From positions 186,001-250,000 of the forward strand of contig CBFFRP010000132.1 of NCBI GenBank assembly GCA_965644295.1: DNA of 64,000 nt, read 5' to 3'. Origin of the DNA: Paraphysomonas bandaiensis. Lineage: Eukaryota > Protista > Chrysophyceae. Positions within the stretch are counted from its first letter, which is position 1, and each line of letters opens with the position of its first letter. Below the pieces are notes generated by a model. That model saw nothing but the letters and a program-made list of their open reading frames with translations, ran no database searches and was not told the origin of the DNA. This document shows positions 1 to 13,160 of the stretch, piece after piece. Made by a program: the position numbers and the translations under genes.

Positions 1-29
1 TAGTCACAAATGCTTGGAGCTAACTGTCT

Positions 30-3000
30 ATGGTGCAGCCTTCTGTTGTCGTGGACACTATAATGTCGGCAGGGAAGACTGCTATACCTCCATTGACAGC
101 CGAGGTTAATTCAATGGTTGGGTCAGGTACTCGTAGTAAGCTGTAACTCGAGCTATTGTTGATATTTTATCATATCACAGACGCAAGCACTGGGTTTCTT
201 GAGCTTGAGTTGGAGGACGATAGCGGATATACCAGCTTTGCTCCACCTGCTCCAGGGCCTAGATCTCCACATATTCCTGTTAACGCTTACGGGTTAGTAT
301 TGCTGAAGTGCCTGTGTTTGTGGACTCATTTGTTACAGTGACAGCGGGAGCATGCACGGTATTCTTAATATTGATGATGAGCTTAGATTAGCGTGCAGCG
401 CGGGACAACTGGAGAAGTCTAAGAACCTCATCACCCGTGGTGCTGCTGTTAACTCACGTGACGTTCATATGATGACACCCCTTCACCATGCTGCAGAAGG
501 TGGTCATCGAAAGCTTTGTCAACTGTTAGTGGCAGAAAAGGCCTTCAAAAATAACAGAGATAAAAGGGGGCGTACGCCCCTTCACTGCGCATCGGCTGCT
601 GGGCACCTTGAAGTAGTCCGATATCTTGTAGGCGAGAAAGCCTTTGCTTTTGTACTAGATGAAGGGGGAAACAATGCCCTACATCTCGCAGCTTCAAATG
701 GTCATGTAGATGTCGTCGATTGGCTGTTGAAGCATTGTGATATTGACTCTGAAGCACAAAATGCTTCTGGATACACTTACGTGGAGCTTCTCCCGGAGTC
801 GTGTCGCTCTTACGCGGAGTTGCATAGTATGTCTGGTTCACCGTCGTCTTCAGCTCACGGAAACCAATTGACTTTGGACTCTTCGAAATTGCTACATCCT
901 AAAGATGAGGTTCTTCTTGAAAATATTAAGTCCGCTAATCGATCCGAAGGATTTGTATCCGCGTCACTTTCACACAGCGATGGTGCTGAGATAGCGAAAA
1001 TAGCTGAAAAGGAGTATGCTATTCTCTCTGATAGCAGACACCGCAGGTCGTATCAGTCGAGTAGAAACCTTGAGACGGATGTTTCTCGTTCAAGCACCAC
1101 AGGCACTGAGAAAGCAAAAATTAGAGAGGCGAACAACGTTTATAACACAGACGCAATGCTGGCAGCGTGCTACAACGGCGACTTCGATGTGGCGACCCAG
1201 CTTCTACCTCAGTCAGACCCTAATGGGGTTCATGTATCCAGTCTGTCTGCTTTGCACCTGACATGTCATCTAGGTAACAGCGAGTTTGCAGAAAAGCTTA
1301 TCCGTGCTGGAGCGTCGGTCAATGTGCGTGATCGTCGTGGGTTTACTCCACTGCATTTAGCCTGCCAAGGAGAACATCTGGATGTTATTGAGACATTATT
1401 GCAGCATCATGCTGCTTTCGAGGGCGACGACCAGGGTCTGAACCCTTTGCACCATGCAGCGCTGAGCAGAGATGACTCTGTTCTGAAACTCCTACTTTCT
1501 CATGGAGGACAAGTAGACGAGATTGACAATTCAGGCAATTCCGTGTTCCACTATATTGTTGAATCCAGGAACCACTCCCTTGTGCTATGGGTTGCTGAAA
1601 ACTTTGCTGTTGATATATATGCAGCCAATTTAAATGGAATATCGGCGTATGATATTGCTCGAAATAATGGCATGACTGATATATGCACCACTTTGGTGGA
1701 AATACATGAACATAAGAAGCAGGAGAAACAGAAGCGTGCGAATGCGAAAAAGCTGCTCTGTCTGTGTACCCTCAGGGAGTGGGAATCTGCAGCTGAGGTC
1801 ATGGATAAGAATGTTGACTATGCCGCTAAAGACGAGGACGGAATGCAAGCGATTCATTTGTGTGCCGCTGGAGGAAGCGTTTCGTGTTTAGAAAAGTTAA
1901 TTGAGCATGGTGTTGATATTAATAGTGTGGACAGTGCTGGAAAAACTGCTGCAATGCATGGATGTAGACACGGGCATTTGGGTGTCGTGTCCTGTCTTGT
2001 TAACAATGGATGTGAACTAGAAATCAAAGATAAAAGTGGAAACACAATGATTGCTCATGCTATTGCCAATAATGAAGTTAGCATCGCGGAATATCTGCAC
2101 ACCATTGGAGCAAATGTGAAATGTGTAAACGATGCCAACGATACGCTGCTACACATAGCATGTCGGTTGAAGAGCATAGAATCGGTTAAATTTCTTGTCG
2201 CCAAGTGTGGCTTAGATATTAACTCATCGTCGAAGAATTGTTCCCGCGAAAGTGCCCTGGATCTTGCTGTTACCGGTAATTGTGTTGATATAGTTGAATA
2301 TGCTAAACAGAGGTTAGAAATGGATAGGGCATCTCATTCATTGAAATTTGTCAGCGAATTAGAGAATGGAGACGTCCATAAAGCAGCTGAGACTATGAAA
2401 GCTGGTGTAGACCCAAATGGTTGTGTGGGGGACCATATCGTTTTTCACGTTGCTTGCGAGAAGGGAAACGTTCACATTGTGAAGTCGCTGCTGGATCAGG
2501 GAGCATCGCTTAACGTCCAATCTCGCAGTGGGTGGTTCGCTATTCACTACGCATGTCGTGGGGGGCAATTGGAAGTAATCCGATGGTTGAAAAAGTGTGG
2601 TGCTTCGCTTGACCAACGTGCAGCTGATGGTATAACTCCACTGCACCATGCTTGCAAATCTGGTGATATTGAACTAGTGAGATGGCTCATAGATAGAGGT
2701 GCAACTGACCAAGTAAAAACTTCTGATATGAGTACTTGTTTGCATTTTGCATGTGACTCGGGAAACAAGGCATTGGTAAAATGGCTTTTGTCGGATAGAG
2801 GATTAGATGCAGCATCTAAGAATTCGCAATGGGAGCGTCCTATTGACTGGGCTGTGCGTGTTGGTGCAGTAGATTTGGTAATTTGGATGTCTCGAGAGAT
2901 GAGGCTCGATGACTCTGAAGCCAGGGGCCTGAAGGTTGCTGCATCAGTTCAGCGGAAGAAAATTGAAAAGGAATCAGCTGAAAGACGTCTACGAAAAGCT

Positions 3001-6000
3001 GCGGAGGTTGGAGATATCGCCATGATAGGAGATTTGTTAGATGACGGAGTGGATATTAATGCATCTGCATCTGAGGATGGAATGACAGCACTTCATATGG
3101 CCTGCAGGGCGAATGGCATCGATTCTGTAGAATATCTTCTCAGCAGGAATGCAAGTGTGAATTCATGCACGAATGACGGGAAAACTGCTCTTCACCTTGT
3201 CTGCATGAAGGGCCATATTGACCTGTTTGACATTTTAATTGAGGCTGGGGCTGATGCCATGTGTGTTGATAACGATGGGAACACGATACTGCTGTTAGCA
3301 TGTGGATCTCCCAACCCCGGATTAGCAAAATACATTGTTGGAAAATATCCTCATTTCAGTGAATCAAGGAAGAATAAACGAGGGTTGAGTGCCCTTTGCG
3401 CTGCCGCAGAGGCTGGAAACACCGAATTAGTTGTTTGGATGGCCAACAACCCTTGGGTTGTTCGACATATTAGATACTTATTCATCGCAGTTAACGTTGG
3501 TGATATTGCGGAGTCTCAGCGACTGCTTACACTGGGCCTCGATGCAAATGTTGAAAACAGTGAGGGACAGTCTCCCCTACACCTTGCGGCGTCTTGTGGA
3601 GAAGTTAAACTGATATCGATTCTCTTGGACGCTGGTGCGAAACCGTCTCCATGCGACTTTATGTTTCGTACACCAATGCATTATGCCGCTGCTAAAGGCT
3701 GCACAGAAATTGTGAAAATTCTTGTGGACAATCGTGCTGAGGTTGATCCGGTTGATGATACTGGCATGTCGCCTCTTTTATACGCATGCAAGTATGGGCA
3801 CATACTTACTGCAGCGTACCTTGTTGGACAGGGAGCAGATGTAATGAAATCAGATCAATGCGAAACAACAGCGCTGCATTGTGCTTGTCGATCAGGTGAC
3901 TTGCAACTTGTTCAATGGCTCTACGATGGGTTTGCATTTGATATGGACCAGTGTAATGTTTCCCGGGAGTCTGCATACTCCATCGCTATTGATGAAGGAC
4001 ACAAGGGTATTATTATGTACTTTGAGGGGAAGAAGAAACTTCGCGAGGAGGAAATTGAGCAACAGCGTTTGAAGCAAGTGGAGTTGGAAGAGCAAAAACG
4101 AAAAGAGGAAGCACAGCGGGAGCAGCAGAGGATAGAAGAACGAGCTCGGGCACAGGCAATGAATAAGGAATACATTTATCGAATGCGCGAAGAGGAAGCT
4201 GTCCGGGCTAGGGCGAAGGAGATGTTAACAGCCGCTACAAGCGCCCATCTATTGGACATGTGTAGGAGCGGGAGTTTAAGTGATGTCAGAGAGCTGTTAG
4301 CTTGTGGTACAGATCCTAATACTCGTATTTCTGAAGATCACTCGACGGGACTACATATTGCGTGTTCCCGCGGCTATTTGGACATCGTCCATGTGCTCGT
4401 TGAATCTGGGGCCGATTATGATGCAGTGAATGATAGAAACGAGACACCCGCGCTGCTGGCTTGTGAAGGGAACTTCGTGGATTGTGTTCGTTTTCTTCAC
4501 GATAGAGGTGCAAAGTTAGATATTCGTAACAGCAGTGGCGAGTGCTGCATTGAGCTGATGATCGACAGAGGTTACGACGAATTGTTCGTTGATGTTGTAT
4601 TGAGCGGTGTGCCATTCAATTATGAGGTCATTGGGAGCTCAGGGGATACTTTGCTCCACCGTGCTGCTAGACTAGGACGAAGTACCATTGTCCGCGCTCT
4701 TCTTGATCTTGACATCAATGTAGATTCAGAAAACGAAGATCTTAAGACCCCATTACACCTTGCATGTGAGGCGAGTCATGAAGAAGTAGTGGGTGCATTG
4801 GTGAATGCAGGTGCCAACGTGTCACGAAAAGATACTCAAAACAGGACCCCATTGATGGCAGCAATTGAGTCGAGGTGTGTAGAAATCGCCCGCCTCCTGG
4901 TGCAGCATAAGGCAGATGTGTTCGCGGTGGACATGGACGGGAATTCTGTCCTTCATTACGCATGCAAGTTCAGAGTCGATCGCGTTGGGAAACTTCTGGT
5001 GTCAGCTGGATGTGATATATATGCAGCTAATGTAGTGGGAGAAAGTCCTCTTCAAGTTGCCAAACAGAGCGGCTGCAAGGTATTAGTGAAGCTTATACAG
5101 AAGGAAATTGATCAAACTGCTGAGGTTATCGAGGTCTGTTCAGGTGGTGACACTGAATGGTTGAAAGTGATGATATCGAGTGGCTTTGATGTCACTCGTA
5201 AAAACAAAAGTAAATTTGGTGGACTCCATGCTGCATCGTTGCACGGGCATTTAGATGTATGCAAAGTACTGTTGAACTCTGGAGCATTTGTTGATTCTGC
5301 TGATGATTTGGGAAAAGTCCCGCTTCACTATGCATGTTTGGGTGGCCACATAGAAATGGCACAGCTATTGGTGGCAGAAGGAGCTGATGTACATCGACGC
5401 AGCTCCGATATGCGATCTTGTCTCCACTATGCTGCTGCTGGCGGATCCGAAGCGCTTTTATCGTGGCTTATATATGACAGGATGCTTGATCTGGGAGCTG
5501 CCGCCGATGACAATTCCACTGCTCTGCACGACGCATGTAAGAGCGACAAATTATCAGCGGCACAATATATTACGAAAGCGGGCTGTGCACTTGATTGCCT
5601 CACCACTGATATGAAAACCCCATTCCACGTGGCCTGCAAGAATGGTGCAGTGAGTGTTGTTGAGTGGATGCTTCAATGTGATATCGACATTGACTCAACA
5701 GATGCTTGTCATATGAGCGGCTTCTTGTGGGCTTGTCGTGAAGGACACCTGAAAGTCGTCGACATGCTGTATAATGCCGGAGCAAACTTCATGCTGCATG
5801 GGGGGGAACTTGATAGGCTCGACAATGGCTTGCATGCGGCATGCCGAAATGGCCACAAAGATGTATGCGATTACCTTTTATCGAAAGGCTTAGATGCGCT
5901 GGAGGAAAATGAGCACAGACTGACTGCTATTGAACTAGCGGATAAATGTGGTTTTAGAGAGTTATCTTCATGGCTGGAGGAAACAGCGGGAAAACGTGAA

Positions 6001-7728
6001 CAGAATCGCGTCAGTGAGTGCGTAAAATTGGAGCTAGATAGGGCGATCGAGGGAACTAATTTTGCCTTAGCTGTTGCTCTATTTGATGACCTATCCGCTG
6101 CGTACTTCAGTGATGAGACGACTGTACCGGGGTCATATGTTCTTCAGCGCGCGGCGGCTTTAGGCTCCATTGAAGCGGCTAGGCTGCTTGTCGAAAACGA
6201 TGTAAATGTCAATTCGCCATCACCTGAGAACGGCATGACACCACTTCATTACTCCTGTTGGCGTGGTCATTTAACTATGACAGAGTACCTCTTGAGTAAA
6301 GGAGCCAGTGCTACTGTTCGTGATTCTCATGGAAATACTCCATTTCATTTGGCAAAAATGGAGAATAACTTGGAAATTTTACGACTTTTACAAACAATGA
6401 CAGGCCAGAGTATTTCAGAGGTATTGGAGTCAAAGTTAAGCGACGTACAACCAAGTACTACTACTTCTACATTTCATACAGAAGATTCGGGAATCGATAG
6501 AAGCGAGAACGTTCATTCTCCATCCGCGGTATACCCTCTTCACATGGCTTGCAGTGCTGGAGATATTGAGACTGTTCGGACACTTGTAGGGAATGGTGAA
6601 TGCGACGTAAATGATATTAGTTCAGTGACACAACGAACTGCTCTACATGAGGCTTGCATTCAGAACTCTAACGAAGTCGTTGAGTTCTTAGTCAACAATG
6701 GAGCCGAGGTAAATGTACCGATGGTCGACGGTTGCACAGCCCTACATATAGCATGCAGTAATATGAATGCAAGTATGGCTATGGTATTGGTTACGAACAA
6801 GGCTGATTTGACGATCCCTAATCACGCTGGCTCGACCCCTCTTCATATAATCTGTGCAAGGAGTATGCACAGTTTGATGGAGGATATAATTGACCTACCA
6901 CGCTCTATTCTTAGGTCACTTCGCTTGGATTCGGTAGATGGTGACGGGAGGACGGTGCTGCACTTATCTGTCTTGGCGAAGTCACGGGATATGGTGGAGC
7001 TCTTCTGTCATCAAGGCGTAAACGTGAATTCTGTAGACAATGATTTGATGACCCCTCTACACCATGCCGTTGAGATCGGGAACTACGACATCGTACAGCT
7101 GCTACTAAGCAAAGGAGCTCGAGCAAGCGCGACGGACAGGTGGGGCCGAACTATTATGAAAATTGCTGTCACCATATCCAAGAATGTCAACATTGCCAGA
7201 CTACTATACGATAAAGGTGCAGAAGTGGACTATATTTCTGATAATGGAGACAGTTACCTGCATATCGCATGCAGGAACAAAAATGTAGATCTTTCTAAGT
7301 GGTTAGTTCGGGTTGGTCTGGATCCGACCCAGGAGAATATCGATGGTGTCTCTGCAGTGAAGTTGGCCCATGTTTGTTGTCAGGAGGACCTTCTGGAGTG
7401 GCTTCTCGCGTGGATCGTTGCATCTCGGGTGGGTAGGCCGGTGGAAGAGGTATTGGCCGAGGCCAACACGGGTTCCATGATGGATGATTATCACAATACA
7501 CACGCAGCAACTTCTGATACTGCTCTGTATCGCAGCAGCAGTGGTTCTGAGGGCATACTTTCTCTTCATGGTAATAGTACTCGTGACTCTAATGATGTAT
7601 CAGAACATGGCCTCTACTCGGGTAGTATTCATGGCACTACACGATCGACATCGACTTCCACTAGGGCTAGAGCTGCGAATCTTGATTCTGATATTCCTCA
7701 CACTAATAGACACATCGCCATACTATAG
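30..7728 (+). CDS. Very large ankyrin-repeat protein (~2530 aa); predicted exons 30-126, 181-292, 339-7728
   Basis: Dozens of ankyrin consensus units (G.TPLH.AC..G...V..LL..GA..N) across the 2458-aa ORF, with charged coiled-coil linkers (KKKLREEEIEQQRLKQ). GT-AG introns 127-180 and 293-338 join ATG 30 in frame with ATG 352. A further upstream exon cannot be excluded. Confidence 0.9.
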
Positions 7729-8261
7729 AGTTTTCGCAAGTTTATTTGTAGTAGCTGCTTCGTACCAGCTTGTGGTGACCCAAGCATGGATTAGTTGTTA
7801 TATTCTCATATTTTTCCTTTCAATTAACCTATGACGACTTATACTTTCATTCACGGAGCCTTAATTGGCTCTATTTGTATGGTAACCGAAGTGGTGGTTT
7901 TCTCCTGATGTTCCATGTATCCAGTGACATACAACAATCATTAAAGCCATTGACATTCACAAATACAATAACGCATGGCATGCTGTTACTAACGTACTAA
8001 CGTAGTAACAAACTAGTACTGCGGTATACTACCTCTTTCCCCCAGCTGGAGAAATTTCGTTATGGATACTATACTAACAGCTAGTCAATGATAGTGTCTT
8101 CCTAAGAATCCAATCAATTATCAGCTATATTATAATAGGCAGCGTATGGAAATAAATATAATTGTAATCTAATAGAAATAGAAATCAAAAGAACAAATCT
8201 GTTCAAGTATAAAACTTCGCTTCATTGGCATGAGAGTAGCGAACTTATTATTATTAGATAC

Positions 8262-9295
8262 ATTGGTGCAGGTTTTTAACGCCTATTGCTAAATAATATG
8301 ACTTTCAATATATATTATTATTAGCAATAGCCATTAAAGATGGAACTACTTTAGCATTGAAATTCAACTAACTAGCTAACTAGTACTTTATACATATATC
8401 GGATACATATATTATATATATCCTACTATTTAACGCTACTGAATCTGCTTGTGTGTCGCCACAAGCACCAAGGTGCAACCACTTTTGCTCTATCACTCAA
8501 AGCAAACGCAGTGAGCAAGCAGAATATTGGTATATACCTAACATCTGCTCATGTCAGGATTTTAGAGTCCTTAAGGTGAACATCCCGGATGATTGACTTC
8601 AGCAGGTAGCCCAATACCGGTCACCCTAGAAGTGGTCCCAGTCCCAGACGCCTGTTTATTCGTCTAGGCCCAAAGACGTCTAAACAAGTGGCAATTATAT
8701 TAGTCTCCCTTGTACCACACAAGCATTTTGCTATGCCAAATCAGAATAATATCTTCTGACTATATATTATTATATGCGGTTCACGTTAGTTTCACTTCAA
8801 AAGCACTAGAATATAGAGATTGAGGTCATAGGATAACTAGATAGCTGAATTATATAACTGTATAAGACGATCATAAGATATTACTTGGTAGGTGTGACAA
8901 AATCAACATCGTGAACAACAATGAGTGATGAGAAATGATAATAACACAAGTGTTAGTTAATTGAGCGTTCCAGTGTTGTAGTAGTAGACTCAGATCACTG
9001 CTTTCACTTGTCATGCTGTACGTTGCACAACGTGTCCCCTACATACACATCTATCATATAGCGCCGGTGAGTCCTAGGACACACGACAACGGCGAAACTC
9101 GCAATCGACATCAAGAACGGAAGTGGTCGCACCTTGGTGCTTGCGGCGACGCACAAGCAGCTTCTGTAGCGTTAAATAGTAGGATAATGGAATTAGTTAT
9201 GGGTAGAGGTCTAACTAGTATGTCTAGCATTCAACTAGCCACTATATTGGTACAGGTTTTTAACGCCTATTGCTAAATAACAAGACTTTCAATAT
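8262..9295. repeat. Cluster of unclassified ~500-bp dispersed repeat family: tail fragment ~8262-8310 (+), long copy ~8313-8795 (-), 3' part ~9116-9295 (+)
   Basis: Shares blocks such as aagtggtYgcaccttggtgcttgYggcgacRcacaagcag and cgcctattgctaa with the copies at 18578-19086 and 57680-59033. Confidence 0.85.
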
Positions 9296-9532
9296 ATATA
9301 TAGTTAATTGAGTATTGTATGACTTCAGTTACTGAATTCTAATATATTGATATGGTAGCAGATGATAATTCTTATTGAAAACTTCCGAAATTCGATCAGT
9401 TTCGAGCGATCAACTGAACCAAGAATCTCAAGGCATGGCTAATAAATGAAAACTGGAATCATTAAGGTCATCAAGATACAGAGTTATGAAAACAAAACAA
9501 CTACCACAACTACACTGCATATGTATTTCTAA

Positions 9533-10874
9533 TTAATAGTCGCCCTCATCACCATCCTCAAAGTTACACTCGTTACTCTCAATGAATGGATCATCTATAC
9601 TTTCTTCCGCCTGGCCAAAATATTTCCCACATATTACAATGATGGTATTCAAAACCGCCAGATGGTTATCGGCAGCTGAAGCCACGGGATCAGAACAGTT
9701 GGCATCCCGGATAGCGATGTATTTTTCGTCCACTCCATCCGCCGCCTCGTAGACTTCCTCATCGTTGGAATCCAGGCCCACAAACCTGACTCCTTTCCCA
9801 CCCCGGTTGAGGTTCAACGCATCATCCACCTGGCGGTCGGCCAAATCGTTGACATGCGCAGACCCAGTTCCAAGAGATGTAATGGAGTTGGCCAATGCCA
9901 GACGAATGACACATAACGATCTATAGATGTCACGTACAGTGGCTGCCGTGTCTTGGTAGAGAGGTTTTTCCAGTCGAGCTAAAAGGCAGAATATCCACTG
10001 ACACTGAACAGCAATCTCTGGCCACCCGGTTGCACACTGTTCTAAGTTTCCTCCCTCTTGGATTCTTGCCGATTTTTGTAACCACCCTGCATGGTACCCC
10101 AGTAAACGTTGAGTAAGTACTTGGTCAAATTGAAGCATAAGTCGTGTCGAAGGAGACACTCCACATGCATACAGCACAGGACCATCATCTACGGCGGGCT
10201 GAGAAGGAGAAGGGCGATTGTCACTTGCATTGGTGCCTTCCTGTTCTTCCTGTTCATCGCGGGTGAACTCCTGAAGCAGAACAGCTTTTCGGTCGTCAAT
10301 ATCCTGTCCCTTCTCTGCAATGTCATCGGCACCCGCCTCACTATGATTATCGCCATCTTCAGTATCAGATTCTGAAACATGCCCATTACTTTGTCAGCTA
10401 CGAAAGCATACAAAGCATGTAACCTGCCGCAGAGGCCTCTGTGCCTAAACAAAACTTCATCCATGAAGTTTCATCTTTCATAGGGGGTACAGTTAATTTT
10501 CTTTCTCGACTGCGCAGATCTGTGCTAAACCGCTCAAGTAACTGCAACAAGTGCTATCAGATATACGACAAAGTGGCAATGTACATACCAATCTCAATTG
10601 TGAAAATGACTCCAGCGTGTCGTTCTCCCAGTCCTCTTCTGGTAAATACGATGAAGGACAGTCAGGAATCGCCGCTATTTTAGGCATGTAGGGAGTCTGC
10701 TCGCCTCTAAAATCATCAGAATTGACATCCGCTCGAACCACAGAAGGACATTGCTCCGACTCGTACCTATAGCCTCATCAGCGTCACGAACCAATGATCT
10801 GCACAATGCATAACTCACCGCACCCAAGCCATGTACTCCTCTGCTGTGAACTTAGATATGTCACCTGGAAGCAT
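9533..10874 (-). CDS. GEMIN2: Gem-associated protein 2 (SMN-interacting protein 1), at least 4 exons
   Basis: Spliced translation gives the Gemin2 motifs AEEYMAWVR|YESEQCPSVVRA, PEEDWENDTLESFSQLR, QWIFCLLARLEKPL and LNTIIVICGKYFGQ. Start uncertain: an acceptor-like cacag lies just upstream of ATG 10874. Confidence 0.9.
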
Positions 10875-10999
10875 AGACTGTGAGTCAAATTATTGATGTA
10901 TATTAAAATTGATATTGATATGATGGAAATGGCAACATACAATGTATCAAAGATACCAACTACATGTCTATTTAATATTACAACACTATTGTGCACTAT

Positions 11000-11600
11000 A
11001 CTGCTGCACACCAGAGTATAATATGCAGTCGACACTATTCTTATATCCTTTCCACTATATACCATCCCGTATATCACATACATATACAGTATATCATACT
11101 ATAGTTCGCATTCATATCCCATCTTCTATATAATATTTATGTCATACTCCATGAGCTATTCATATTTACAATACTGTAGTTCTCTGTGCTATATTATGCT
11201 ATATATACAATACTAGTGATACAATCCTATACATCCATAAATACTATCCCGTACTATCATATATTACACTCTCATATCCTATTATCATGTACTACCATAC
11301 ACTTTATCATCTTATAATATCAATGAATACTTTACTGTCCATGTTAAATATTGCATGATGTACTACCCTACACTACACTATCCATTATAATACTCTATCA
11401 TATACAATATTATTATATCCTACCATACTTATACAACCATACCGCATACTACCCCATACTTGATATCTATACAATCCTATTCTACCATGCACTATACTAC
11501 ACCATAGTATCATAGACTAAACTATCGATGACAACCACTCCATCATATACTGACTATCCCATCTCATCATACACTACACCATCATATTCATACACTGGGC
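11000..11600. repeat. Degenerate low-complexity (CATAC/TACTAT-like) G-poor tract
   Basis: Plus strand is strongly depleted of G, with recurring catac/tactat/ccata words. Confidence 0.6.
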
Positions 11601-12131
11601 TGGGATATAAGCTACAATGAATACACCACCTGTCTGAAACTCTCTAGGGTCCAAACTAAACTCACCCGCAGGGAGAGCTTGCTCCATTGTTTCACGTCGA
11701 CACAGATGTGGTGTCGTGAGTTATATATGCACTTGTATATAGAGGATCATGGATTTCACGTGCTGACAACATGTGCGTGTATGTGTGTGTATGTATGTGG
11801 AGCATGGAGCAGAATACACACACGGAGTACAGAAGGAATTGGTAGGAATTACTGTACAATATACCGGTATACAGACTGTAGTCTGCTGTCTGGAATTTGG
11901 ACTTCATCTGCCTGTCAGCACAGCATGCATCTAGACATGCACAGACATACACGCACAGACATACACAGAAATACACAGACAGTCGCAGCATACACTCATC
12001 AAGTCCTCATATATACTATACATGAATACGAACCACGCATGCATCTCGGTACGATTATAAGAGCCCGTGATTAAACCCGACAGGATGAATGAGTGAAGTA
12101 TTGAATAATTTTTCGCAGCCGTAACAATAAA

Positions 12132-13160
12132 ATGAAGTGTAGCGAGCCCTTTCACAGGACGCTGAGAGATAGCTCGGAGTGTCACATATGTCTGGACCCG
12201 GAGGAGGAGCTTCTTTCACTCGGATGTGGTCACAGCATGTGTGCAACTTGTGTCAAGAAGCATCACTCTGACAAGACGAAGCATTTCATATGTCCATTTT
12301 GTAAGAGTAAGCGCGCGATGCCGAAGTCCGGATTCAAGCAGAATGTGTCTCTGAATCACATACGCTGCAGGTTGAATCAAGTCCCTGAGCCATGCCCGGC
12401 GCACCTTATATACAGTCTCCACTACAAGTGTTTATCATGTAAGGATCATCCACTGGTATGTTCCGAATGCATTGTTAACGCTCACCTGGCACATCTGGTT
12501 GTTTCCAAAGATCAGTCAGAAAGTGAGGCCCTGCGAATGTGGCACGAAAATACGAAGGATTTACAGAAAGAGCCACAAGAAGCTTCTGTTGTCTGTGAAG
12601 GTAATACTTCTTCGCTTGGAAAGAGTGACAATACTAGCATAATTAATATTGAAGATGATGACGAGGACACTGATTCCGATTCAGATGAATCAGTGGCAGC
12701 TGAACCGCTGGAAGAATACAGAATTAGCTGTAGTACATCTGTGCAATCTGTAATGCGTGGAGACTGTGTGTTATACGTTTATGTATCTCGAGAGGATGGG
12801 GAGCGGTACCTAGGAATCGGATTTGTACGGCGAGTCTACCATACAGAGGCGTATGCTGCAACTAGGGGAGGGGCCAGGCCCTCAAGAAAGCGCTCTAGAG
12901 ACGGCGTCGAATATCCTCTTCCCGCCTCTTCTGGCTCAACGATACTGCGCATATCTCCGGTGACTCCAGTGTCCAATGATGGGTCTGATATGCTCTCTGG
13001 TGCCATTCTTCGTCCGGATCTTAGCAGGACTGTGGATGTACCGGCTTTCTCAGTTATATCAACATCGATGAAAGTCAACATGACAGGCTCTCTGTGTATG
13101 GAGTCAATAGAGGCGATTAAGAAAGCTAACGCCGAGTTTTGTGCTCGTATTGATTGCTGA
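12132..13160 (+). CDS. RING finger (C3HC4) plus B-box protein (TRIM-like E3 ligase), single exon
   Basis: RING: CHIC...CGHSMCATC...CPFC. B-box: CPAH...CLSC...VCSEC...HLAH. Then an acidic linker and an unassigned C-terminal domain. Confidence 0.85.
   Translation: MKCSEPFHRTLRDSSECHICLDPEEELLSLGCGHSMCATCVKKHHSDKTKHFICPFCKSKRAMPKSGFKQNVSLNHIRCRLNQVPEPCPAHLIYSLHYKCLSCKDHPLVCSECIVNAHLAHLVVSKDQSESEALRMWHENTKDLQKEPQEASVVCEGNTSSLGKSDNTSIINIEDDDEDTDSDSDESVAAEPLEEYRISCSTSVQSVMRGDCVLYVYVSREDGERYLGIGFVRRVYHTEAYAATRGGARPSRKRSRDGVEYPLPASSGSTILRISPVTPVSNDGSDMLSGAILRPDLSRTVDVPAFSVISTSMKVNMTGSLCMESIEAIKKANAEFCARIDC

Noticed and set aside
545-7834. Many short antisense or alternate-frame ORFs within the ankyrin gene (and similarly within other genes)
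   Set aside because: Shadow ORFs of the real coding strand with no independent motifs.
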